A stretch of 64,000 nt of DNA, from positions 2,400,001 to 2,464,000 of the forward strand of contig OZ242351.1 in assembly GCA_965208675.1 (NCBI GenBank), in the 5' to 3' direction. The DNA comes from Candidatus Poribacteria bacterium. Lineage in GTDB: Bacteria; Poribacteria; WGA-4E; PCPOR2b. Below the pieces are notes generated by a model, which did no database searches, had not been told where the DNA came from, and saw nothing but the letters and a program-made list of their open reading frames with translations. Both the position numbers and the translations under genes were made by a program. Positions 30,814 to 40,855 of this stretch are shown here, piece by piece. Positions within the stretch are counted from its first letter, which is position 1, and each line of letters begins with the position of its first letter.

Positions 30814-31309
30814 TGCCTAATTTATCAGAAGTGATGACCCGCCCGCCGTTTTCCTCTATACTGAGCACCGCCCGCGATTCCCCGTCTTTGCCAAAGACAC
30901 CGACTTCCCCGCCATGTTTATCCACATTGAGCGACGCACCCGATTCCCCGTCCTTGCCCCTAGCCACGACAAGCCCACCGTATTCATTGATACCAACGGA
31001 CGCCCACGATTCTCTGTCCTTGTTGCCATACACACCGACAAAACCGCCGTCTTTATTGGTGCCAAGCGACGCCCACGATTGTTCGCCCTTGCCATAGACC
31101 GCGACAAGCCCGCCGTCATTATTGGTACCGACCACCACCGCCACTTCGCCTTTCGCATCAACAACCTCTAACCGAGAACACTGAATAGTGTCAAACTTAT
31201 CTCTCTGCTCCGTGACCGGCTGCTCCGTGACCGGTGAAACCAACAACGCCGTCAACACACTGCCTACAATGCCGCCAACAATACCGCTTAGAATCACACA
31301 GATTTTCAT
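30794..31309 (-). CDS. Membrane-anchored beta-repeat protein, paralog 2
   Basis: MKICVILSG TM segment, DKFDTIQCSRLEVVD and about 23-aa GG.V.V.GK.GES.ASL repeats; 15-bp duplication giving PVTEQPVTEQ. Confidence 0.8.
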   Translation of the reverse strand: MKICVILSGIVGGIVGSVLTALLVSPVTEQPVTEQRDKFDTIQCSRLEVVDAKGEVAVVVGTNNDGGLVAVYGKGEQSWASLGTNKDGGFVGVYGNKDRESWASVGINEYGGLVVARGKDGESGASLNVDKHGGEVGVFGKDGESRAVLSIEENGGRVITSDKLGNAKILD

Positions 31310-31335
31310 TACAAATCCCCCTTTGTAGTTTAGAC

Positions 31336-32022
31336 CTACTGCCGATAGCCATTTTTTTCCCAAGTAGACACAAAGCCGTTTCCATATTCATTAATACCAA
31401 CTACAACACGGCTTTTTTCATCTGTTTTGCCGTAGATAGATACAGCGCCTCCGTTATTATTTGCCAAAAGTTGTACTACGCCATTTTCCTTCCCGTGTTT
31501 ATATCTAGAGACCGTTATCAAACCGCTTTCCCCGTCGTCACTTGCGCCTATTGATGCCAGACTGTTATCATGGTTCGCCCCTTTTGTGTGCAAGAAACCG
31601 CCGCCGCGTTTGGTCGCGGAGATGAAAACTCCGCCACCGTTTTTGTGATTGATTGAAACTACGCCCGTGCCCTCCTTTGATGTTCCCATCGAAGCGCTTA
31701 CGTGGGCACTACTTATTTTCAAGTTACTAAACATGGTTAAGCCCCCGCCATGATTATCCACCCCGAGTCTGACGCCACCTCGGTTTTCGTTCGAGCCGAA
31801 TAGGTATAGTAGACCACCGTGTTCGTCGGTCCTGAGTTCGGCGGTTGTATTCCCGGTAATGGGATCAATCAGCGTCAGCTTGGTGCACTCAATCTCTCCG
31901 AACTTGTCCTTCTGCGCCGTGGCTGGCGACGCTAACATCCCTATTATTGTGCAAAGACACCCTAATAAACTACCAAACCCAATATAGACCAACTTAATTT
32001 TCCAATGCTGGCTGTTAAACAC
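31336..32022 (-). CDS. Membrane-anchored beta-repeat protein, paralog 1
   Basis: AGGAGG RBS before GTG 32022; KLVYIGFG TM segment, DKFGEIECTKL and GINEYGNGFVSTWEKNGYRQ. Confidence 0.8.
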   Translation of the reverse strand: MFNSQHWKIKLVYIGFGSLLGCLCTIIGMLASPATAQKDKFGEIECTKLTLIDPITGNTTAELRTDEHGGLLYLFGSNENRGGVRLGVDNHGGGLTMFSNLKISSAHVSASMGTSKEGTGVVSINHKNGGGVFISATKRGGGFLHTKGANHDNSLASIGASDDGESGLITVSRYKHGKENGVVQLLANNNGGAVSIYGKTDEKSRVVVGINEYGNGFVSTWEKNGYRQ

Positions 32023-32103
32023 TATGAGACCCTCCTTTTTTGTGTTGCGGATTAAACCCCTATACAATTCACGCATTCGAACACTCCCAAACAAATCGAT
32101 AGT

Positions 32104-32345
32104 CCCTATGTGCCCGGTGTGTCAGTTCCACAAATCGCCAAAATTTCATAGAAAACTTCCGAGCCATATCCAGCGCAACCTTCTCGAAAACCAGTGCTAG
32201 ACTCGATTCACGCCCTTTTTCGCCGCCATCAAATCGTTGTGTTGCGTCGGAAAACTATGAAAACTATGAAATTTTTACAGAATCACTCATTCAATTTAAC
32301 CATAACCGAATGAATCTGCGCAACGATTTTCTCAGGGGAATCCCT
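32104..32345 (-). repeat. Promoter plus leader element, copy B
   Basis: About 240-bp direct repeat of 32717-32959; contains AAAACTATGAAAACTATGAAATTTT. Confidence 0.9.
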
Positions 32346-32357
32346 GTTAGAGTTATC

Positions 32358-32619
32358 GTAGGTTGGGTTAAGCGGATTATATGAAAGGCGCGAAAAATGT
32401 TGAATGGATTTCGATATTTGAATATGTGTGGTAATTGTTAAAGGTAGCGAACCCAACGTTTTTCGTTAATTGCGAGGCGTTCCGGTCACCGGGCGACGTG
32501 CGTAAATGCGAAAAGCGTTGGGTTACGCTTCATAATTTCAAAATTTGAACGCCCTCAAATCACGCAACGCACACGGCATACATGCGTCGGTTCGTTAAAA
32601 CCGCTCAACCCAACCTACA
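32358..32619. repeat. REPIN/MITE-like element
   Basis: GTAGGTTGGGTTAAGCGG...CCGCTCAACCCAACCTAC with internal AGCGAACCCAACG / CGTTGGGTTACGCT. Confidence 0.9.
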
Positions 32620-32716
32620 AAAGCTGCAAAAAACTGTGTTACCTCCCTTTTTGTATGTTACAAATTAAACCCTTAAAAAATTCACGGCTACTGACACTCC
32701 CAAAAATACCAGTCGC

Positions 32717-32959
32717 CCCGATATGCCCGGTGTGGCAGTTGGAAAAAACGCTAAAGTTTCATAGTTAACTCCCGAGTCCGCTTCAGCGTGAACTACGCGA
32801 AGACCAGTGCTAGACTGAATTTACGCCCCTTTTTCGCCGCAATCATATCGCCGCGCTGACTCGGAAAACTATGAAAACTATGAAATTTTCACAGAATCAC
32901 TCGTTCAATTTAACCATAACCGAATGAATCTGCGCAACGATTTTCTCAGGCGCATCCCT
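32717..32959 (-). repeat. Promoter plus leader element, copy C
   Basis: Direct repeat of 32104-32345. Confidence 0.9.
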
Positions 32960-33020
32960 AACAACCGAATTCAACCCGGATCTATGCCGGACACTTGCAA
33001 CGCTAGGCTTTGTTTGCGTG

Positions 33021-33049
33021 TTGACACGGTATTCGCGATGATTTAAAAT
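33021..33049 (+). promoter_or_regulatory. Sigma70-type promoter of the acyltransferase pair
   Basis: TTGACA, 17-nt spacer, TAAAAT. Confidence 0.55.
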
Positions 33050-33202
33050 ATCGCATATCCCCAGAGAAGTTGAGTTTTGTTCGGCAATGCCGCCCTAAGC
33101 ACGCGAAATTCATTTCCACAATACGGACTAGGCAGTAAGGTAGCAACGCTGTAAACCATGCAGATTTGGGTTTCAGATGTTTCCTGATTTTGGAGTGATT
33201 CG

Positions 33203-34425
33203 ATGCTAGATTTCAAGCCGCCTAAAGAGAATCGAATCGTAATCGGTACCGTCAAGCTAATGTTACCGCTGCTCATGCGGCTTTCCCGAAAGGTTGCACA
33301 TGTAGATATTGACCGCGAATCCCTCAATAGATTGAAATCAATTGAAGGCGTTCCAACGATTCTCGTGCCGAATCATCCAACCTACGCTGACCCGCATGTG
33401 ATGTTTGCGGTGTCACAACGCTGTGGGGAGCGATTTCGCTATATGGCAGCACGAGAGACCTTTGACCGGTTAACTTGGGGAAATGGAGAGGGTTTTTCAT
33501 GGCTCGGCTTGGTGCCTATTCAGTAGCGCGTAGTGCCGTAGACCGCGACTCATTTAGGCTGACACGAGAAACGCTGACCAACGGGAAGCAGAAGTTAGTT
33601 ATCTTCGGCGAAGGGGTAATCTCGCATCAGAACGAGACTATTATGCCGTTTCAAAGTGGGATTGTACAGTTCGGATTCTGGGCGCTCCATGATATGGAAA
33701 AGGCGGGTAACCTCAAACCACTCTACCTTGTACCGGTCGGGCTTAAGTACATCTACAAGAAAGATATGTGGCGTGAAATTGAGCAGGCACTTACGAATCT
33801 GGAACATAACGTCCTATCTGAGCATATCGATCCGCCGACTAAATTGTGCGACCGAGTGAAGCATGTTGGATCGAGACTACTGATGACGCTGGCGAAAAAA
33901 TATCACCTGAATCTAAGCGAGGAAAGTTCACTGAATGAGCGTATCGAACTGATGAGAGAACACATTCTGTCCCAGATGGAGAACTTCATGGCAATCGTTC
34001 CCCAACCCGACTGGCGTCCACTCAGGCGGGTTCGTGCCATTCAGAAACAGATAGATGAAGTAACTTACCGTGATGTGGATGAGATGACCGAATATGAGAA
34101 GGTGATTCACATACAGCGCATTGACAGATTTCGACTATTTTTCAAAGACCTGCGCCGCATTGTGAACTCGATTGCGATTTACGAGGGGTACATCGGCGAA
34201 CAGCCATCTCAAGAACGCTTTCTGGAAGTCATTACACGGCTTGAAATGGAGGTCTTCGGCCGCTCAAAAGTCAAAGGTCCCCTAGATGCTTTCGTTCGGA
34301 TTGGTACGCCCAAAAATCTGCTGGATACCTATGAAGCCTACAAGAAAGAGAAAAGACAAACCACACAGCAAATTACCCTGGAATTAGAAACGGAAGTTCA
34401 AAATATCGTTGCGAGCATGCCGTAG
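33203..34425 (+). pseudogene. PlsC-type lysophospholipid acyltransferase, frameshifted near 33470-33480
   Basis: NHPT.AD motif in ORF 33203-33526 and the IFGEG C-terminal part in ORF 33475-34425; together colinear with the intact paralog. Confidence 0.8.
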
Positions 34426-34452
34426 GTGTGTCCGATTAAATAACCCAAGTGC

Positions 34453-34579
34453 TGTAGGTAGGGTTGAACGGCAATTCATGAAAGATTACATGCAGCAGAG
34501 AATCTCTAGAGCCTCCGCACATGAACAAGTACGATAAACTCCCGTGCGCGCCTGTGATAAGACGCGAAATGCACCTACA
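34453..34579. repeat. Degenerate GTAG-type REP-like element
   Basis: TGTAGGTAGGGTTGAACGG...CACCTACA ends. Confidence 0.5.
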
Positions 34580-34632
34580 CAGTACGTCCCGCATGACCTC
34601 CTTAAAATAGATATTTGATTTGGAGTAATCTG

Positions 34633-35859
34633 ATGCTGGATTTCAAACCGCCGAAAGAGAACCGAGTTTTTATCGGTACCGTCAAGCTAATGTTACCGCT
34701 GCTCATGCGGCTCTCCCAGCGGGTGCAACATGTAGACATTGACCGCGTATCCCTTGATCGCCTCAAATCAACCGACGAATTCCCAACGATCCTGGTGCCT
34801 AACCATCCGAGCCGCGCAGACCCGCATGTGATGTTTGCCCTCTCAAATCGAGGCGGCAAGCCATTTCGGTTTATGTGCGCGCGGGAGACCTTTGACCGCA
34901 AGTTGGCAGGGATGAAATGCCGAGGATTTTTCATGACCCGGCTCGGCAGCTATTCTGTCGTGCGCGGCGCCGTAGACCGCGATTCATTCCGGTTGACTCG
35001 TGCCATGTTATCCAAAGGCGCACAAAAGCTGGTTGTCTTCGGCGAAGGGGAAATCTCGCATCAGAACGAGACCATCATGCCGTTTGAAAGCGGGGTCGCG
35101 CAGTTCGGGTTCTGGGCGCTCCACGATATGGAACGCGCGGACGATCTCAAACCGCTTTACCTCTTACCAATCGGGCTAAAGTACATCTACAAGAAAGACA
35201 TGTGGGGCGAAATTGAGCAGGCGCTGTTAAATCTGGAACACAGCGTTTTGCCTGAAGACGCAGAACCTCCAACAGATTTATATGACCGCGTGAAATATGT
35301 TGGAGGCAGCCTGCTGGGGACACTGGCGAGGGAATACCGCCTGCGTATAAACGAAGGGAGTTCACTGAATGAACGAATCGAACTCATGCGAGAACACATT
35401 CTGTCCCAGATGGAGAGTTTCATGGAACTCGCGCCTCAACCGGACTGGCATCCGCTCAGGCGGGTTCGCGCCATTCAGAACCGAATAGATGGAGAAATTT
35501 ACCGGGAGGTGGAGGAGATGACCGAATATGAGAGAGGCGTTCATGCGCAGCGGGTTGATAAGTTTCGGCAATTTTACACAGATCTGCGCCGCATTGTGAA
35601 CTCGATTGCAATCTACGAGGGGTATATCGGCGAAAATCCGTCTCAAGAACGATTCCTGGAAGTTATCACTCGGCTGGAAGTAGAGGTCTTCGGCCGCTCG
35701 AAAGTCAAAGGCCCGCTAGATGCGTTCGTTCGGATTGGCAACCCCAAAAATCTCCTAGCCTTCTACGAAGCCTACAAGAAGGAAAAGAGGCAGATTACTC
35801 AGCAAGTGACGCTGGAGTTAGAAACAGAAGTTCAGAAAATTGTAGCAGATATGCCGTAG
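34633..35859 (+). CDS. 1-acyl-sn-glycerol-3-phosphate acyltransferase (PlsC) family protein
   Basis: PNHPSRADP (NHxxxxD), G.YSV.RG..DR.S and VFGEG motifs. Confidence 0.9.
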   Translation: MLDFKPPKENRVFIGTVKLMLPLLMRLSQRVQHVDIDRVSLDRLKSTDEFPTILVPNHPSRADPHVMFALSNRGGKPFRFMCARETFDRKLAGMKCRGFFMTRLGSYSVVRGAVDRDSFRLTRAMLSKGAQKLVVFGEGEISHQNETIMPFESGVAQFGFWALHDMERADDLKPLYLLPIGLKYIYKKDMWGEIEQALLNLEHSVLPEDAEPPTDLYDRVKYVGGSLLGTLAREYRLRINEGSSLNERIELMREHILSQMESFMELAPQPDWHPLRRVRAIQNRIDGEIYREVEEMTEYERGVHAQRVDKFRQFYTDLRRIVNSIAIYEGYIGENPSQERFLEVITRLEVEVFGRSKVKGPLDAFVRIGNPKNLLAFYEAYKKEKRQITQQVTLELETEVQKIVADMP

Positions 35860-36034
35860 TCGCGTCCGCGCAGAAAGCACAGCCTGTAGAATGGTCAACA
35901 AGATGTTCTGCGCACGTTGTATTTCCATCGAAGGATTTTCACCCTTGCTAAACGCGAGCTAAAGGAGGGCGGCACGACTGGAGATTTTCCGCTTCGCAAC
36001 TCGAGATTCCGGTTCGTTACGCCGAGTCGTCTGC

Positions 36035-36496
36035 TTATTGATGTGCTCTCAATACCTCGATACGCCGTTCTGCGGCTGGGCTTAGATGATGCATCCGATA
36101 TTGACTTGACAACAATTCAAATACTTCAATCGCTTTTTTTATCTTGCCAATTTTTACATAGGATTCTGCCTGCCAATACATTGACCGCGCAACCACGCTA
36201 CTCGGTTCTTGCAGTTGCTGTTCTACATTCTCTTCAGCCTTCTCAGAGGATTCTTTGGTCGATGGTGTTTCGTTTTCGATTGCATTTTGAAAATGCTTAA
36301 TGGCTTGTTGAAAATTGTAATCGTCGTGGTATGCTTTGAAACCGAGATAAAAACTCTGGTTACGGTCACGAAGAAACATCAATCGATTCTCAACCGCCTC
36401 TAACGGGCTGAGCACGAATTCATCGGCTGGTTCGTCAAATGGTTCCTGAAAAATTGATGTTTCATCAAATTCTTGATTTTCTAGAATGTCATCCAT
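36035..36496 (-). CDS. TPR-containing protein (BamD/YbgF-like C-terminal TPRs)
   Basis: FYLGFKAY...NFQQAI..F and SMYW.AESY..IG...KAI..F; AAGGAG RBS. Confidence 0.7.
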   Translation of the reverse strand: MDDILENQEFDETSIFQEPFDEPADEFVLSPLEAVENRLMFLRDRNQSFYLGFKAYHDDYNFQQAIKHFQNAIENETPSTKESSEKAEENVEQQLQEPSSVVARSMYWQAESYVKIGKIKKAIEVFELLSSQYRMHHLSPAAERRIEVLRAHQ

Positions 36497-36894
36497 GCAA
36501 CGCTCCTTCTGTTATGATTTTCGGTACTCCGAAAAGATTATAGATTACTATGCTATACATGCGTCAAATGTAGATGCTAGGTTTAAAAGGGATATGAACG
36601 GATAGGACATGCGCGCGATTGGCGTTTGGAGAGTACAGAAGATAGGACATGGAGGGTAGAAACCAAGACAAAATTCCGCAGATGTGCTCTGTCTTCCCTC
36701 TTTCACCCGAGTTCTTTCCAGCTTCTACCAGTTCCTTGAATGACGATTCCCGGTTTGGATGTTTTGAGTATTACCGTCGGGCAACTTTTACAGTCCCAAG
36801 AGCACCTCAACACCGATGAAGGACGTGGACAGCCCTGCCCTTCATACCTAGACTGGCAGCCAATCAGTAGCCGTTTACGGAAAAGACATCTCTC

Positions 36895-37308
36895 TCAAGC
36901 ATGCGACTTGAGATACAACGCTAACAAATCGTGCGCAGTAATAACGTTTACTGCGAGCGAGTCTAGCGACAGGAGAAGTTCGTTTGTATCCAAATTCTCT
37001 AATGCTAGGCTATCAACCAATACAATTCGCTTGTCATCCGACTCCGTTGAATCAATCCCGAAGCAGGTTGGAAGGATTTCGGTGTTTTGGTCAAGAATCT
37101 TTTCGTAAATCTCTTCGACGTTCGTCGTATTGAGGTCGTTTACACTGCATAAGTCCACCATAAATTCTATCTGTGATTCATCTACAGCGGCAAAGATATT
37201 CAGTCCGTCCTCATCTTGGATGATAAGAATTGAACCGTCTTCCTCTACACTATAACCTTGGGCGTTCAGAAATGCTGTAATCTCCGCCTGTGTGCTAATC
37301 TTTGACAT
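36895..37308 (-). CDS. YjfI/DUF2170-like protein (type III chaperone-like fold), PspA partner
   Basis: Acidic 137-aa protein with L..N..LP...FGI motif, directly downstream of pspA. Confidence 0.65.
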   Translation of the reverse strand: MSKISTQAEITAFLNAQGYSVEEDGSILIIQDEDGLNIFAAVDESQIEFMVDLCSVNDLNTTNVEEIYEKILDQNTEILPTCFGIDSTESDDKRIVLVDSLALENLDTNELLLSLDSLAVNVITAHDLLALYLKSHA

Positions 37309-37375
37309 TGCTCCACTCCTTTACGCTGCGGGACAAACAGAAACCGTATTCGCATTGCGTCCCAGCTTCCGATGC

Positions 37376-38071
37376 TTAACCGCTGCTGCTAGCACTGCTA
37401 GCGCCTGCACTCATCTTCGCTTTCAACGCCGCCAGATCATCGTCGACACTGCCGTCCTTTTCAAGCGCTGCGAACTCATCTTCAAGTGTGTCGTGCTCAA
37501 GTTCAGCCATTTCTGCCGCTGCGTCTGCACGGGCTTCGATGTCCGAAACTTTGGCTTCCATTCGATCGAAACTCGCAAAAGCGCTATTATCCTTCATACC
37601 CGCCATGGTCTCATGAATGGCTTTTTGAGCTTTGGCTCGCTTCTGTCGAGAGATGAGCAGGTCTTTTTTACGTCTTGCCTCTTCAATTTTTCGTTCAAGC
37701 GTTCGGAGATTCTCTTTTAGCATCTCGACAGCCTGTTTCTGCTTCTCCCACTGTTCCTTGTACCCACTGGCGGTACTCGCATGTTCGTTACGGCGGGAGA
37801 GCGCCTGTCTTGCCAGCTCTTCATTGTCCTTCTGCAGTGCCAAGGTGGCTTTCTGTTCCCACTGCTCTGCCTGACCTTGCTCTTGCTCATAATCTTTTTG
37901 GAGCTGCTTCTCATTAGCAATTGCGGCTGCGACCTGTTGCTTGACTTTCACCAATTGCTCTTGCATCTCCGTTGTAATCTGATTTAGCATCTTTTCCGGA
38001 TCTTCTGCTTTGTCCAATGCAGCGTTTACATTGGATTTGAATATGGTTGAAACCCGATCAAAAAACCCCAT
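37376..38071 (-). CDS. pspA: PspA/IM30 family protein
   Basis: MGFFDR...FKSNVNA.LDKAEDPEKML.Q, A.LAL....E.LAR.AL, FDRME.KV...EA.A.A and VDD.LA.LKAK. Confidence 0.93.
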   Translation of the reverse strand: MGFFDRVSTIFKSNVNAALDKAEDPEKMLNQITTEMQEQLVKVKQQVAAAIANEKQLQKDYEQEQGQAEQWEQKATLALQKDNEELARQALSRRNEHASTASGYKEQWEKQKQAVEMLKENLRTLERKIEEARRKKDLLISRQKRAKAQKAIHETMAGMKDNSAFASFDRMEAKVSDIEARADAAAEMAELEHDTLEDEFAALEKDGSVDDDLAALKAKMSAGASSASSSG

Positions 38072-38362
38072 TATTTGTCTCCTTTTCGCTGACTGGCTTA
38101 GTGGTATCTGCCCAAAGCCTATATAGTAGAATCAGATCAAATTATAGCCGAAAATTTGGCGCGTGCCAACCTAAAAAGTCAATCATTGCTAAACAAGTGC
38201 ATAGCATTAAGTTCGGCAGGTAAATCCCAACCTTTGAAAATGAGCAATCCTAATCTAACCCTCAAAATATGTCCTCCATTGAGCCATCGGGTTCGAGGAT
38301 GTTGCGCACAACAATTAATCTTGTGTTCTCATTGGCGCAGTTCAGGATTAGGGTTTTTCCAA

Positions 38363-38391
38363 TTGACAGTCACCGCTATGCACTATACAAT
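38363..38391 (+). promoter_or_regulatory. Sigma70-type promoter of tgt
   Basis: TTGACA, 17-nt spacer, TACAAT. Confidence 0.65.
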
Positions 38392-38499
38392 ACGCCGTAA
38401 CAACCGAGTTACGCAGCACTTACTCGCCGCGTCAATCGCTACGAATGCCACGCGATAAATACCATCTGTACCTTGAATATATCAGACTGACTGAACTGA

Positions 38500-39696
<1,197 letters not shown>

Positions 39697-39880
39697 AAAT
39701 AGGTGATTCGTTCCTTCCAAGATTGCCGAGAACGACCTCAATGCCGCGGCGAATAATTGTGCTTCAAGTCGGACAATCGGGCGAATCTATATTCAGTCAG
39801 TAGTAAAGGGGCAAAAACTCTCTGCCGATAACCGGTGTTTTCATGAAAAAAGGATAGGCAGAACTTACTTGTGATTTTTT

Positions 39881-40678
39881 ATGAAATTAGGCGCAAATTC
39901 CGTTCTGTTCGGCGGACATGATTTGGAAGCCGCCTTTAAGTATACCGCGCTAGCTGGATACGACGGTATCGAGTTGTCCGCGATTAATGGCATGAGCGAA
40001 CATCTCGTCCTTGACCGCTGGAGAGAACTTGCACCGATAATTAGGCGGCTTTCGCGGGAATATGACCTTGAGCTTCTAGCTATGGAACAGCCTACCCACG
40101 ATCCGGACGTGATGGAACGTGCCTTTCAGGCTGCGGTCGAAATCGGCATTCCAATTGTCAACTGCGGCCCCGGAGGGAAATCCAACGACGAAGAAGCCTG
40201 GCCGAATATTATCGAAGCGCTCGGCAATCTAACGCTGATGGCGGAGCGCTACGGCGTGATATTGTGTGTGAAAGCGCATGTGGGTTGCAGTATTTACAAC
40301 ACGCCAACAACCCTGCGCGCTATGGAAGAGATATCATCACCGGCGTTCGGTATTGATATGGACCCGTCACACATTCATCGCGCCGGAGAGAATCCTGTTG
40401 AAGCCATCGCCGCAGTCATTCCCCGGGTAAAACATGTACATATCCGGGATTGCAAGGGACGGGATCGAAATCCGGGAAAGCCGGAAATGCAAGCAAACGG
40501 TCGAGGCGATATAGATTTGGTCGGATACATCCACGTGCTGCATGAATACGGTTATTCCGGTCCCGTCAACTTAGAGATTATCGGCGCCAAGGACTACGGC
40601 ATTGAGCGTTGCTGCATTATCGCCGCCGAATCGCTAGGGTACATGCAGGCTTGCCTGAAAGCATGCGGTGCACGATAG
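39881..40678 (+). CDS. Sugar phosphate isomerase/epimerase (xylose isomerase-like TIM barrel)
   Basis: AGYDGIEL, D.SH, HVHIRD, G.GDID and GY.G...LE motifs. Confidence 0.88.
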   Translation: MKLGANSVLFGGHDLEAAFKYTALAGYDGIELSAINGMSEHLVLDRWRELAPIIRRLSREYDLELLAMEQPTHDPDVMERAFQAAVEIGIPIVNCGPGGKSNDEEAWPNIIEALGNLTLMAERYGVILCVKAHVGCSIYNTPTTLRAMEEISSPAFGIDMDPSHIHRAGENPVEAIAAVIPRVKHVHIRDCKGRDRNPGKPEMQANGRGDIDLVGYIHVLHEYGYSGPVNLEIIGAKDYGIERCCIIAAESLGYMQACLKACGAR

Positions 40679-40855
40679 AATCGGAGCAAACTCGGCAGGG
40701 CGCTTTCGACATGTAATCGCCGCGGTTAGATGTGCCGATTAATCAAATCGAACAGAGGTGTTTCGAAAATTAAACAGGTTTCACAAGTCTCTAAAACAGC
40801 GGCTTTAAGTGCTGTGAATCTCCGCGGCCACTTTTTACCGCGAACGCTGCCGCGG

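Noticed and set aside
15386-32619. Recurring GTAGGTTGGGTT / AACCCAAC motifs as a CRISPR array
   Set aside because: Copies are dispersed, inverted and irregularly spaced, and there are no cas genes. They fit REP/REPIN elements.
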